Positions 13,312-27,400 are shown, numbered from the stretch's first letter. The stretch: DNA of 64,000 nucleotides from Amoebophrya sp. A120 (GCA_905178155.1 CAJINV010000004.1:6240828-6304827); one strand, 5' to 3'. Notes: generated from the sequence alone by a model not told the origin. Numbers and translations are program-made.

Positions 13312-14578
13312 GGTGGAATTGGCACGTCGCTTCTCCAGCTTCTCTCAACGGTTTTTATTTTTTCCCAAGCCTTGACGTCGTGGGCGCAGTAGTCATCAGT
13401 AGAAATCGCCGTGCGCACTGTGGGGTTGTAGAGTTGTTGTGGGATTGCTACCGCTCATGTTGGGGGGAAGAACAAGAAAGTAGTATTTTCTTATTGTGCC
13501 AGGAGTTGTGCTCTCACTGTCTGCTGGCCACTGCCGAACGAAACAACGCTACCCGGTTTGGGAGTCCACTACACGAAAAGTCACAAACGAGATGACAAGT
13601 GATGATTGGGGAGCGATAAAGAAAAAAACCGTGAAAAGCTAAATAACGCACTTGAGGGGAAGACGAAGAGGGTTACAGATAATATTGCAGCACAATTATA
13701 ACTGCTGGTGGGCGGGGGAGGGGAATGCATTGCTTTCTTATTGCTTTTCAACGTGTGACCAGAAAAAACACAATAAATGAAGGGGAATTACTAGTTGCAG
13801 AAAGGGCCTGACATGGCGGTTAGTAGAAGCAGAGGATTTTCTATCTGAGCCACACGACACGCAGTCGCAGGCGGAGGCGACAGAGCAAGAGTACAATCTA
13901 TCTCCGAGTGACTAACAAAGGTCAAGCAACCAACACCCATGAATAGCGATGTGCGTTATAATACGCAGATTTCTCTAAATATGATAGAAGTATTTCACGA
14001 AAATAAGGACGACATGGGTGGAAGACGGACGTAACGCAAACGAAACGAACGATTTGGAAAACGACTGCGAACGGGAAAACCTGGACGATACCGATATTTT
14101 CTGCTTCGAGGTGAGAACGAGAACCGAAAAATGTCATTTCGGGAACCAAATAAACCGAGTACAAGACTTAGGTCATAATGTACTGCAATTTGTCCTCGTG
14201 TCTTAGCGAAATGTTGATTGCAAACGAATTAATAGTCAAATGAAACGCCGAGTGAAAACGCAACGAGGGCATAAAACATGAAACAATGTCAAAATGATCA
14301 ATAACCATGCTGATGCTCCGGACGTACGCATCAGTCCCAACTCTGCGAACATCAAGCATGGAGTGGAAAAAGCGCCTCTTTCTTTGAAGCCATAGCCAGT
14401 CATAAGACCTTAATATTGCGCGACGTAGTTTGTGTAAGATCATAACTGTAAAGACTTACACTTACTCATACTCTGGAATCAGCATTACTTTTGGGACACA
14501 GAAGTTGGCACAAGACAGTGTGACGTGGAAGGTCCCGCACCAACGTGCATGAAAAAGAAAAACTACTTCAAAAAGGCT

Positions 14579-17488
14579 TCAGATTACGATTCTCTCCGGG
14601 TCGCCCTCCAAAGTGTCCGGTCCAGTTGCCTCACGCGCAAGCGTTCCATGGCGAAAAAGCGGAACGATGCTCTGTAGACGGTCCTGGTCGGTGAGTCTGT
14701 CATGGTGTTCGGGGGACGTGAAAAAGAAGAGCCGCTTGCGTTCCGCCAAGGTCCGCAGGCCGATGAGGTCGTCGGAATAAAAGGGTCCGGAGTCCTCCAA
14801 TGGCACGACGGCTCCCTCGCTATTTTCCTGCGCGAAGAACTCCGTTTCTTATCAACTGCAAAAATGTCTGGGTCTGGAAGAATGCAAGTTTGTCATGCTT
14901 GTCTGGCATGACTCGACGAGAATCTGTGTTGCATAAGCACGAAAAAGCCCTCTTACCTGTCATCATCATCATCATTGAGACGGACCCCCTGTGGTCGTCC
15001 TCGCGGCGTCGTCTTGGCCCTAGGCTGTTTCGGACAGATGTTGGCTGTGTCCGGCAAGAGGACGGCTCTGCGTGGGCAAATGTTGGTAATGTCCAGCAAG
15101 AACGCTTCCGTGGCCCCATTTTCTGCCGGTTTTTGGCTTTCGCCAGGATTACCCGCAACACCACCCGTGGACAGTGAAACCCGTGGCAGGCTTTCGCCAG
15201 GCGGTCCCGGGGAGGCCCTCCTCTTGGCACAATGTCGGTTAGTTACCAACTCGCACTCCCTGGAAGCGAGAAAATGAGCCCATCCTATGTTGGTGCGAAG
15301 CACGAGTGGGATCATTGGCTCGGGCGAGTAGTTGGGGGGGCTACTCTGGGGGTACGGGGACTGTTCGACGGACTGCTGCTGGATATGAAAAACCTCGGGG
15401 CTACTCACGACCATGGTCGCAGGCTAAGTTAGGCAAAGACTCCGTAGAAGTTTTCGCTCTGGTGGCCTCACATGGACCTGTCATGCAAAAAGGCAGCTTG
15501 CCATGCGGAATAGGTAAGGCATGGCAGCCAAAAAATTTGTCATGCATAGCTGCGTATCGCAGTGCGTCTATCATTTACTTTTAGCATTACAAGTTTCCAG
15601 ACCCAGACATATTTGCAATCCATATTTCTCGTGGCACGACGATTTCGTCCTGCGCAAACTTGATCAACAGCATTGCACCGACGTCCTCGGGTTCTACTTT
15701 CTGCCTGGTTACCGGTGCTCCCGGTCTCGCGCTCGCCATCGTGCCCGTTGTACCCGGCGTATTTTTCGATTGGAGGAGACGGAATTTGTCCACTGAAAAT
15801 AACTGATCCTCGGTCCGATCTTCTACTACTTCCTCCTTGGGTTGTTCTGGTCTTCCTCTTGTTTTCCAGTCTGGCGGGTTCACACCGGGGTCGGAAATAG
15901 TGAAGTTTGACGTGGCAGCATTTTTTCCAGCACCCGGCGATAGCACATTTTGTTCATCCCAGTGAACAAGCATCGCACCGTTTGTTGAGAACGTGGTCTG
16001 TTCGACGTCTTGGAGCTCGTCCAGGAGTACCTTCGGATTGTAGTTCGCTGCTTCCTTGACAACGCCACGCAGGCCTTCTTCCACCTCGTCGTCCGTTTTG
16101 GTGCGGTGTCGTCGAGATGAAGTCCTGTTTAATATCTTCTTGTCGTCCTGCTCTACCGCTCGATCCCCCTCCCCAAGGAGATTTCGCAGCAGATTCTGCT
16201 TCTGCAGCTTTCCCGCCGCTGTGTCGGCGTTGTACTCCGCGCACTCGTTGTTCAGCTTTCCGAGAAAAGTATTTGCGTTGCCAAAACTCCGCATGTCCCT
16301 CGGGTTGTACACGTAGCCCGCGGGCCCGATCAGGCGCTGCATTTCCGGTGCAAAAGTATCGTGATCGTACTCGCATAAATGCATTACCAATTTACTCAGC
16401 ATGAGAAATGAAATTTGTAATGCAGATTGACCTTAAGAACAAGATTTGTAATGCATGAATGCAATACGAGTACGATGCTTTTGCACAGGATACTGCACCC
16501 AGGGGTACAAATAGGCTTTCCGCACCACCCAGTCAAGCAGATTTCGGAAGAACACGGGAATCTGGTCCGAGGGCGGAATCTTGGTGATGCCCCGCTGCGG
16601 TCCGCCCACCGAGACGAAAAATTTGATCCGCAGGGGCAGCGCGCAGTTCTGCAGCACGTGGCGGCCGACCATGCCGCCATTCGAGTGGCCAATGATCGCC
16701 ATCACCCGCTCGTCTGGCGCATCGTCTGCACTGCTGGAAAAGAACCTGGGGTTGGCTATGGAAGGAAAGTTGTATTGTATCATGATGACCACGCACGGTC
16801 AGTACCTGCATCTTTACTTTTTCAACATCCAGTGACGTTTCTCATCACAGAGAAGTATTCCCGCCCACGTTTTCGTGTGAGTCAGCACTCGTGATCTTCT
16901 AAGAAGAAGAACCAATCGATGTTGAAATTATAAGAAGCAGCTAAGTATTCAAGTACTTACTTTCACAGTCGTGAGGCAGATCAATACTTATTTTCTTTCG
17001 ATACCCGCCTGCAACAACGCACATGCGCGGTTGGCCTGCTCGGCCACGGGGATCAGGATGGTCTCCTGTTTTCGTGCGTACTCGATCGAGTGAAACTCCC
17101 AGCGATCGCCCAGCTGCTGGTTCAAGAACGCCACCTCGTGGTCTTCCGCACCGGCGTCCGCGGAGAGCCCGTGAAAAATCGCAACGGGATTTTTCAGCTT
17201 CTTCTTCTTCGCCTTCACTTCGTGCAAAGCAGAAGGCGACGCGGCTGGGGCTGCTTCGCGAGGGTGGGTTTCATCTTGCAATAGAACCGCAGCTGTGGTG
17301 CTGGTTATACCCGCATCAGGCTGCTCTTGCGCTCGGTCGTCGTTAACTTCAACTACCCGGACTGCAGTCGTGTAGAAGCGCACGAACAAAGCGAGGACAA
17401 GACTCGCGGGAACAAAAAACCGCCGAGACCCGGGTACGCTGCCCCGCGCGAAGCCGAGGCGACGCAGGAAAGGCAGGAGACGTGTCAT
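14579..17488 (-). CDS. Palmitoyl-protein thioesterase (PPT1-like alpha/beta hydrolase)
   Basis: PVAIFHGL, nucleophile motif IIGHSNGG, FVSVGGPQRG, PAGYVYNP, FLGKLNNE, FAQDEIVVPRE|TEFF, YSDDLIGLRTL, TSPEHH; N-terminal hydrophobic segment. Confidence 0.85.
14850..15624. mobile_element. Introner, family A, carrying a nested insertion
   Basis: TSD tttct; both arms match element 21646-21900; removal gives VVPRE|TEFFAQ. Confidence 0.9.
14964..15475 (-). mobile_element. Putative truncated non-LTR retroelement/SINE inserted within an introner
   Basis: 9-bp TSD acctgtcat (14955-14963 and 15476-15484); (CAT)n tract at one end; no TIR; absent from sister element 21646-21900. Confidence 0.7.
16342..16492. 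mobile_element. Introner, family D (~150 bp, TIR TATSCWGTGCAAAAGTATCG)
   Basis: TSD ctgca; removal gives PWVQ|RLIGPAGY. Confidence 0.9.
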
Positions 17489-19179
17489 TTTTTTCTTCAG
17501 AATGATCAGCTCGAAATAAAAGCGCTTGCTTTTAGTTTACAGAAGTTTGAGTATTCACGTCAAGTTACGTATCCTGCCTTATTTCTCTTTTTGTTTCTAT
17601 TGCGATAAATTTTATTTTGTTTGCCTCTCCAACTAAGGTGGATTGATCGTCAAAAAAGAGAAAATCCCCCTGGAACCGAGCGGGCAAAGAAATGTTGTTG
17701 TTGGCCTCGGTATAATTGTTCTCGCTTCAACCTACAACGGGTTTTAAGAAAAGCTCTTAGTTAATAAAGGTATCAGAATATTCAGTAATGATTTGCATAT
17801 AGCCTCTTCGTTCTTCGAATTGTTCGACGCTTCAAGTTCCATCTACTGAACACTGCGGTGATGCATGTACATCCAGGCATCAGTAGGCGACCCCACAGCA
17901 ATTGCGCACGACCAAGGCTGCAAATCCATCTCCTGATGAAAAAATGCGTCCAGTGGCAGTAGGAGTTTTCTCCCTGAAACTACCACGCTAGCCGCCCTTC
18001 ACAACATCTTCCGTGCCTGCTCTGTGAGCAATCGAGAGTAGTGCGACAGACCATCAAAGTTGGCGGCACTTCGTCGTTCTTGCGAGACTGTGGCTGGGTT
18101 CTTGGCTGCTTGTATCCCTAAAATTATCCACCAGAGATTGTATACAACAGGCCGTGATTTTGCTTGTGTGCCGGAGGGATTTCGTACCAATTTGCTGAAT
18201 TTCCGCTCTTTCCCGACGGAAACTCGTTTCTACCCGCCCTCTTGCATGGCATTTATACAAGCGAGAAGGGATAAAGCGATACGGCTCAACATCGGTTTAC
18301 AGTTGCGCAAGACTTCTGTTGACATCAACAAGCATAAATTTACAGAGAAGTGCGGTGGCTTTCTTGTTCTTCCGTGGCACAGAGAAACTAACGGGACGAA
18401 ATGGAAAAAATTGTTCTAGGAGTGACACGACAACATCACGAGTCGTCACAGGGAGGGGTTAGGAGCTACGGGGGTTTAATAATTCAGATTCTACGTTTGA
18501 GGCGAATTTCGTGTGCGATTTTTGGGTTTACTGCGGTATCACTTTCAAGAATTGGTGAGGCTAATATTCGTGGTACATGGGTGAGGCGCGGCTCTCTACT
18601 GTCGTGGTCTTGCATCCCTCCCTCGTGAATGCGACCTTCAGCAGCCTTCTCCGAGGTGAAACAGATCAGCGCACACGCACTGGTGTCTCCGTCTCGAAAG
18701 GGAAAATGCAAGACGCAAGCAGCTGTAGCAGCATGCGAGTCAGATGTTAAATGAAGAGGTAATACTAGAAGAAATCTGTAAGTATATCAGAAATTTCTAC
18801 GAGGAGGTTGTGTAGGTAGTCTACGAGTTTCGATTTGTAGTGTGAGTGGCTCTCTACTTGAGGTTGTTAGGTTCTTCAGCCCCTGTTCCGCGTTAAAGAC
18901 AGAGGTTTTATTCTCGAAGCAGGGGCTTAAGTTGCATATTACTTGCACGTGAATGTCAGTCTACGGCAGGCTGGAGCAGCAGGAAGTGCACAGAAAAAAT
19001 CATCTGGGACTACGAAAGACACGTATCTACGCGGTGCGGGGTACTAGTTACAGCAGGCTCAGCTGCGACGTGCAACAGTCAGAGACCCTACGCGTGGTCG
19101 GTGGTTGCTCAACACCATGCCCGCCCTCATTTCCCCACGACACCAGCACTGACTCTACTACTCGCACAGAACTAATTAC

Positions 19180-22100
19180 TTACATCCCGCAATGGCGGAC
19201 CAGCCACGGGTGCCGCAGCGCGTCCTCCAGGGAGATCCGTTTTTCCGGGTCTTTCGCCAAAAACTGCAGGATCAGATCCTTGGCTTCGTCTGTTGGTTCC
19301 TCATCCGGCTCGATGGGCACTAGGTCGTCCGTCCTTATCGTGGGAAAAAAATTTTAAGCTCTAGTCGTGGACTCCTTGTTGTGCTGCCCATCAAATTTCT
19401 ACGTCCTCTGATGTCTACACCAAACCGGGGACGTAACAAATCTATTTTTCAGTTCTTAACAGCTTTGCGACTCGCAAGAAGAACCCAAGCTCGATCATGG
19501 AGATTTTTGCAAAGATGATGAATCATGCCAGAATCAGGAACAACGACATGATGGTACATAGGTTCCAGTAAAGTTGTGAATTCCAGTGGGCACCAATTGT
19601 AGTAGTTCCTACGACTGACTATTTTCTCGCTTCTTTCCGTAGAGACGCGTCGCTGGTCGAACCGGGGCGCCTCTTTTTGAATCGCGTAGAACGTCGCTTG
19701 CGTGTCGTCGCGCTCCGCATCGCCCCGGCGCTCGAAGGGACAATTGCCCATCAAAAACTCGTATGCTGCGCAAAAGTTTTTACTATCGCACTCGTGGGTA
19801 TCGTATACTAAACTAAATTGCAGTTTTGTTGCATGACAGATTCATTTGATTTTGATTTTGTTTCTGAATCTGTATGGATATTTCATTTTTCTTTTCAAGT
19901 AAGTATCGCAATTTGTACTCGTACGAGCACGATGCTATATGCTTTTGCGATGCATAACTCGTACAGCAAGATGCCCAGCGCCCAGACGTCTACCCCATAC
20001 GCATGTCGTTGCTTGCTGCACATCTCCGGGGAAAGGTAGTCCAGCGTTCCGCACAGCGTCAGGCGCCGCTCGCTCTCATCGCGCAGGTGCACACTCCACC
20101 CAAAATCGGCCAGCTTCAGCACTTCTGTGGTTCGTTTGTCATTGCATTCTTTCATCATGGTGCGGATCATTTTTTTGTTCTGTACCGTAAGACAAAGTAA
20201 AGTATCATGTTGATCGCATCGCACCACGACCACATCAACCAGCGCATGAATGTTCTTGGCATCATGTTGGTATTCTCGATGAAAACAAAAAAACACCTCT
20301 GCCGTCCGGCGTCTTGGACACAAGAATGTTCTCCGGCTTGATGTCTCGATGGGTGTATCAAAGTGAAAGAAATCGATTGCGCGGATGTAGTTTCTAGGGC
20401 AGCAGTAGACACGAAAATTATTGATCATAAGTACAACTACGCGGTCAATGTGAATGTTTGCCTTTGCGCAAGCATCATGTCAGTCGCATTAACAAAACGC
20501 CAGTCTTTTGCTGACGTAAAGTACCTATTCAAAACCCTTGACCATGCGGTCTACTTCTAGTGTAGCTTCTTATTATTTCATCTCATCGCATGCCTAAACA
20601 CGCGAACCAGGATGTCAATCGACTTCGTGTCCTTGGCAGCATGCACCCACACGAAACTGCGCAAAAGAAGTTTCGTTTCCCTTTGCATACGATGATGTGT
20701 TTCTGGTGGCAGGCCTGCAGCGCGAGTACCATCTGGCGGAAGTAGTGCGCGGCCAGGGGCTCCGGAAGCCGCTCGGGGTTGCCGTTCTTTCCCAGCACGC
20801 CGTACAGCTCGCCGTCGCTGGCGCACTCGAGCACCAGATAGATCTTTTCTTCGTCGAAAAAGTAGGTGTAGAGACGGAGCAAATTCTCGTGCCGCAGGTG
20901 CGCCTGGATCAGGATTTCCCGCCGCAGGTTGCTACACACCCCGTGCTTCACCAATTGCGCCTTGTGGAGGATCTGGTTACCACGTGTTTGATCTAATATC
21001 CGACTCATACACAAATACTTCATCTGCTGTATTTCTAGTACAACTACAACTACATGTGAGGTACTACTAGATAGAACATGCGGTGGGCTTGGGCAACGAC
21101 ATCGACAAGTTAACCGTAACTACTTTATACCTTCAAAGCGACCACGAAGCCGGTGAGGCGGTCCCGCGCGACGTAGACGTTGCCAAACTTTCCACGGCCA
21201 AGCAGCTTCCCGATGTCAAAGTCGTCTAGGGTGTACTCGTATCAAATGCAAAAATGTCTGGGTCTGGAACAAAGCAGCTTGTCATGCTAAATCTGGATCA
21301 TGTAAAAATCTGTGTTGCGTGATTACCAAAAGCTGCCCACTTTTGACCTAATCGAGCGGCAGTTTCTCATGCAGGATAGGCACGATAGAACTCTCACAGA
21401 ATCTGTCATGCTAGGTCCCGCATTCCAGACCTCATGGGTCATGGAAAACCTGCATGACAAGTTTAACACTCTTCCAGACCCAGACACTTTTGCAGTTGAT
21501 AACTCCGAGGCACGCACGGACTCTTCCAAGTCGCTGGTGAGCTCCGTCCAGTCGACGGCGACGTCCTTACGGAGCAGCATCGTTTTCCGAAACGCGGCCG
21601 GATCCGCGTCGTGCAGCGGACCGCGATTACTTGTTGTTGTCCCTGTATCAACTGCAAATATGTCTGGGTCTGGAAGAATGCAAGTCTGTCATGCTTGTCT
21701 GGCAAGACTCGGGAATCTGTGTTGCACAGGCACGAACAGGCCCTCTTGCCTGTCATGCAGAAACGCAGTTTGCTATGCGGAATACGCAACAGATGGCAGC
21801 CAAAAAATTTGTCATGCATAACTGCGTATTGCAGTGCGTCAGTCTATCATTCACTTTTAGCATTACAAGTTTCCAGACCCAGACATTTTTGCAATCCATA
21901 TCCTGACGGCTTGCGCGAGGTCGCCCGGCTACTGGTCCTGGAGGACGAGGCCGAAGAACTCAAGGTGGAGCCCGCAACGACTACTCCACCTCCACCGGGC
22001 CGCGCGGCACGAAACGACGTCGCGGTCGCGTGGTTCCGGAAGCCGGAACAACCGGACGCAGCGGAGGTGGTAGACGAGGATGTTGTACTAGAACTACAAG

Positions 22101-23175
22101 ATTCACCAGGTCGTGGTGGTCCTGTCGGAGGGACTACACCCGAAGATTTGCTATAGTAGAAGTTCTCCGCCTGGAGCTCCCTTGAGTAGCTGCTGGTGCT
22201 CCTGCCGCCTGTTTATTACAATGAAAGGCGCCCCCACCACGCCGGGAGATGCAATTGCAAAAGTTTCTGCTGCATAGTTTCCAAATGTGAACTTTTTGTC
22301 TTCTTGCATGAAAGGGGTATGAGACTCTCTGATGCAAAATCTTGGCGCGCAAGTCTGTTTTGAGTATGTAAAAGATCCGGCTGTTACTGGGCTCTTTTCT
22401 TGCAACGCAAATTTATTTAGCTAGTCAGCATGGAAAATTCTGTGATGCTCTCACATGCAAGGTGAGGAGTGTTTCCATTGCGGGGTTTTGCACTACAAAT
22501 CAACTCTGCGAAGTTCTGGGGTCGTCGTGGGGACACTTTGCAATACCATACCGCGATCGAATTGTTTGCGCTGGTCGTGGTTGAGGAGGCGCTCGTGGAA
22601 GCCACGGTCGTGGGGTGCGAAGAAAAAGAACTGCCCGGCTTCAGGGATGTTGTGCCACCGCTTTCCTGGTGGTCCATGGTGTCCGAATCAAATTCCTCCG
22701 TGCTGGTAGAAGAACACTCATCGTCGTCGACGCGCTTGTGCTTCTCACGTTGCGCCTGATTTCTGTTGTTTTTCAAGGAGATGGATGCGGTCGCTTTTAT
22801 TGCAGTTGTCGGCATTTTTTTCTCCGGCGACCGGGAACCCGCGTAGCAGTTGTTGTGATCATCTCCGGTAAAAGTCCTACTTCTCCCCCGCGCAGTATTT
22901 TTATGCTGGTGGAAATTCATCTCCTGCTTGTTTTGCTCCTTTTGCTTCCAGAAACTCTGCAGCGAAGCAATGCGCGAAGGTTTGTTTCCCCCGGAAGGTT
23001 CGTTTGCAAGTTCCTCCACCGCAGCGACCCCAGCCACCGCAGCTGGGGTCGCTGCCGCGGCGGCTGGGTGACTCGGCGCGGCGGCGACAACCATTTTTGG
23101 CTCTGGTGCTTTAGGATCGACCGGCACGTCGGGCGGCAACTCTAGCTGTATTGCCTCCAGTTCTTGTACTGGCAC
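19180..23175 (-). CDS. Aurora-family serine/threonine kinase with long low-complexity N-terminus
   Basis: [109 protein letters not shown]. True start and one 3' junction are uncertain. Confidence 0.92.
19762..19956. mobile_element. Introner, family D
   Basis: TSD actcg; removal gives LLYE|FLMG. Confidence 0.88.
20356..20689. mobile_element. Degenerate introner (singleton; short TIR TATCAAAGTGAAA / TATGCAAAGGGAAA)
   Basis: TSD only 3/5 (gggtg/cgatg); removing element plus 5 nt restores KHII|HRDIK. Confidence 0.65.
21240..21501. mobile_element. Introner, family A
   Basis: TSD actcg/actcc; removal gives ASE|YTLDDF. Confidence 0.9.
21646..21900. mobile_element. Introner, family A
   Basis: TSD ccctg/tcctg; TIRs present. 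Confidence 0.9.
22210..22550. mobile_element. Degenerate introner, family B-like
   Basis: Decayed TIR (CCCCAC core) and ccgcc/ccgcg flanks; resembles 24915-25231; boundaries approximate. Confidence 0.6.
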
Positions 23176-24431
23176 GGCACAATCTTCTCCGTCGCAATGC
23201 TTCTTGAAAAATAGACCGACTCACTGTCTGGATCTGCTGACGTTTCTTTACAGAAAATCGTACGTCAAGAAAACTACAATCTGAAGATCAAGATACAAAA
23301 AAAACGCGAAGATAGACATTATGTATCGTTCACGGTGTTAGTCTACCTAAAGGACGTTGTTTCAATATTTTGTCATTCTCCCTTGATGCAGCTTGTTGAA
23401 AACGTTGCGATTTTTTGTCTCGTTAGACGACCTGACAAAGACGTTCTTCTCTCGAGGACCCGCTCTTTCTCTTGTTCCCTCGGTGCACTGACAAATCAGA
23501 GAGAGGACAGACTAGTCAATTTCTCTACGATTTATTTTCAATTCCAACACCCTGAGAACGAAGCATCAGAGAAGCGAAGGCAGAGAGGTTCTTATTGATA
23601 TACTGGATTGTAGTATGTTATACGTGCGTCGGGGGTTGGTGCACGAGCACGAAACGCATGATAAAAGACCACGAAGCTGCTAAACTGGTGAGTATTGAAC
23701 GCCGAAACAGCGATTCCAAGCAGTCACCATCCTTCTTTAACCCAAATCCAGGAGCAATTCATCTTGATTTCATACTTGAATTTGCAAAAATATTGTACAA
23801 TATTCGATATTAGTACAGATGCTCATCGTCTTCGGGAGCATGCAACACCACAAATACAAAGACATCATCTATGCCAGAATATTATGCCAATCACCTGACC
23901 TACAATGGTCCAATGCTACACTACATATGATCAAAAATGCTACCACTACTTATTACAAATCTTTCTTGATGCTATTTCTGATGCGAATCAACGACTTATG
24001 CAGATGATGCGATAGACCACGACAAAGTTGAAACCATAGTGATAACCATAACCAGAGAAATTTTTGTGCTAAAAGTGTGTTAAGAAAAAGAAAGTGACAA
24101 AAATGATTCGTGATTTCGAGGCTATGACCGGTGCTACCGCTGCGGAAACCTCTTCTGGTTCTGTAAAAATAAACAACATGCAAAAATAATACACATCCAT
24201 AGTGCGAGTTTTGGTTTTCACTGTTGAAGAAAATATACCTTTACGATCGGAATAAATCCTGAAACCTGCTTCTGGATTAGTTCTTGCAAACGCAAATGCA
24301 AACGTTAAATTTTGAATGGATGAGAAAAGGAAAAGACAAACAGGCAGCAGTTGTCCTCGTTCGTCGCAGGTACTAAAAATTCGCGATGGAAACTACCAGC
24401 TTCTTCCACCACCACCTCCTCCCGAATTCGT

Positions 24432-27400
24432 TCAGTACTGCGCAAATTTGTACTCGATCAGCTCTTCGATCCGGCTGGCCATGTGGTCCACCACGCAGGA
24501 GCAGAAGTGCGCCGCAAAGTCGCAGGTCATCGGTAGGCGGCCCGGCTGCAGGTTTTCCTTCAGCACCAACTTGGACATGAAGTGCAGATCCTCCAGAGAC
24601 TCCGTGCTCACTTCGGAACTGTTCAGCTGGCTCCTTCCCTGCATCCGCCCCGTCTGAAAGTCCTCGGCCGTTAAGGTTTTCGACTTCATCTGAAGAGTTT
24701 ATTTGGTTTGAGCAATAAACAAGGTTCGATGCTGGCTCCTGGGTCGCATTGGTATTAAACGATGAAATGATGAATGATCGTTAGAAGTTGTAAAAAAGTA
24801 GGGATCGATAAAGTTTTGAAAAAGCAGAAGACTGGTCGAGAGTTTTCATTCTATGTGTACCGGCACGTGCGGCAGGATTTTCTGCGCTTCCTCCAGTTGG
24901 CCTTTGGACAAGTGTATCACAGTGAAAAATGCCCCCACCCCCATAGTTGCAAAAAATTTGTGATGCGAAGTGTCCAACTGAAAACTTTTTGTAATGCATG
25001 AAAGGAGTATGAATCTTTCTGATGCAGAGGCTAATTAGGCTGGCGTGTATCGCATCGCTTGCATGATGACAAGCGCAGCTCTTGCCGGGGTCTTTTGCAA
25101 TACAAATTGTTGCTATTCACGACTAGAAACCTGTGATGCTGATAGATGTAAGAGGGCGACTGTTTCATTTCGAAAGGTTTGCAATACAAATGCTCCCAAG
25201 TTCGGGGGTGGGGGCATTTTTCCTCGCGATAAAGTGCACGGTGAGTTCCCAGACCAGGTCCCACAGGTCGCGCATGAGTTCCTGCTGCAGGATGAGATCC
25301 GGCAGCGTGAATTTGCGCAGCAGCATGTGGTATCAAATGCAAATATGTCTGGTTCTGAAAGATTGCGAGGTTTGTCATGCATGTTTTGCGCGACCCATGA
25401 TTCCTGGATATGCATGACCTAGCATCACAGATTTTTAGAGGGGGTCCTGATGCCTATTCCGCATGAAAAATGCCCTCTCCGCGTAGCACATCAAACTGGG
25501 CTCCTATTGCTGGCCATGATGCAATACAGTGCTTTTTCGAATCCAAAGACAGCATCACAAGTTGCATCCTTCCAGACATCCAGGGATATTTGCAATGCAT
25601 ATGTGGAAGTGGTATTTCAGATAGATCTGCAGCCAGTACTTGGCGTCGACCAAAAAGTCCGTTTTCGAGATTTGGCGGAACCGCAGCTGTTTCAGCTGCG
25701 AGATTTCCTTCAGATGCATGTCCAGCAACACCGTGGACCAATGCATCAGCCGGGAGTGCAGCTTTTATCCCGTGCAAAAGTATCGTACTATCTCGTATTG
25801 CAATCACGCATCACAAATCTTCTTTTTAAGGTAAATCCGCATTACAAATTTTATTTCTCATGCTGAGGAAATTTGTAATGCACTTCTCCGAGTACGATAC
25901 TTTTGCAGTTCGTAGCTTTTCCGACTTCGCAATGTCGTACAGCCCCAGCGCGGTCTCCATCCGCGTCCGCAGCTTGTCGCACATTGCGCGGTAGGTCGGG
26001 TCCCCAGGGACGATGTTCCGATACGGGTGCTGGCGAAACACGTTCTCGATCTTCTTCGGGCGGTATGAGAGTGCACATCACCTCTCCCTCGTTCTTGTCA
26101 TTTCTCATGCAAAATACCTAAAAATTTTTTACGCATTGCCTCTTGGCACTGTTAGCATGACAAGTTCTGGCAGCCCAAATAGCACTACACTCCTGTCCAA
26201 CAAATTTGCCACGCAGTACTCTTGCTGACGCTTGAGCTTCTATAATTGCTGGCGTGTATGCAATACAAATGAGGGGGAGAGGGACGAGTTGTGCACTCGC
26301 ATAGGCGGAAGAAGTCGCAGCTGAACTTGCTGCCGATCGCCAGCAGCTCAAAATTTGCCTGGAATTCCGCAAACCGTTTTGCCCCCTGCTGCCCCAACAG
26401 CAGCGACTCGCGCCGCCTCGACTCGTTGGAGAGCGAATCCTATGCAGTGCAAAAGTATCGCACTCGTATAAATGCATTAGAAAATGAAAAACAAATTTCC
26501 TCAGCATGAGAAATAAAATTTGTAATTTGTAATGCTGATGCTGATCTACCTCAAGAAAAAGATTTGTATGTAATGCATGATTGCAATGCGAGTGCGATAC
26601 TTTTGCAGAGGATAAATCCTCGGCCGTGATCAACGGGTTCGCAGTTTTGTTGGACAGTCGCGAGGTGGGCGATAAGGAAGAGGGCCCTGGTGTTGACGGC
26701 ACGAGGCGCGCGTCGATCAGGATTTCGGATTTTTTCGTCGGGTACCGCTGCAGGCCGGCCAGCATTTCGCTGGTGATCTCCGACACGGCGGTCTCCACCC
26801 GCCGGCTGCGCTGCAGCTGCTGGTCCTGCTTCGAGAGCGGACTGGCGCTCAGCGACTGGCTGGCCATGTTCGCGAAAATCTTGCGGATCGCGTTCAGCTG
26901 CGCAATACAGTCTTCGTCCACCTGAAATTCGACCGGCAGGTCGGCGGAGAAGTAGCTGGAATTGAATAACGAGTGCGCGAGCACGCGCTTGTTCGGCAGC
27001 AGGCGTTCGCTTCGTTGGCCCATCAAGTTCTGCAGGTCGCTAGACAGCAGCGTGCCCCGGTTCTCGTGCAGCTCCTCCACCTGGCGTCGGATGCCCCGGA
27101 TCTGCAGGTCCTGCTTCTTCCGCAGCAGCTCCAAATGCTCGCGGTAGGCGGCCACGACGGTGAGCAACTGCTGGATCTTGCCGTGCTTGCGCGCCACCTC
27201 GTCGGAGCTCTTCGGGTCCGACCGGACCACTTCCGACAGCATCTTCCCGCCGAGGCCGCGCGGCTGCTATCCCGCCGTGTAAAAACATCCCCACCTTATA
27301 GTGCAACTATGTTTGTTGTAATGCATATCTGCATGCTGAAAATGTTCCTCATGCGGAGATGCCCACGACAGCCATTTTCTAATGCTGTATGGTAGTTTGT

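Noticed and set aside
14953-15414. 153-aa ORF inside the nested insertion as a transposase or reverse transcriptase
   Set aside because: No DDE, RT or endonuclease motifs are visible; no autonomous element was found in this window.
19336-19640. Additional introner in the 3' part of Aurora (starts TATCGTGGGAAAAAA)
   Set aside because: An intron is needed here, but I could not identify a matching TIR and TSD, so it is not called.
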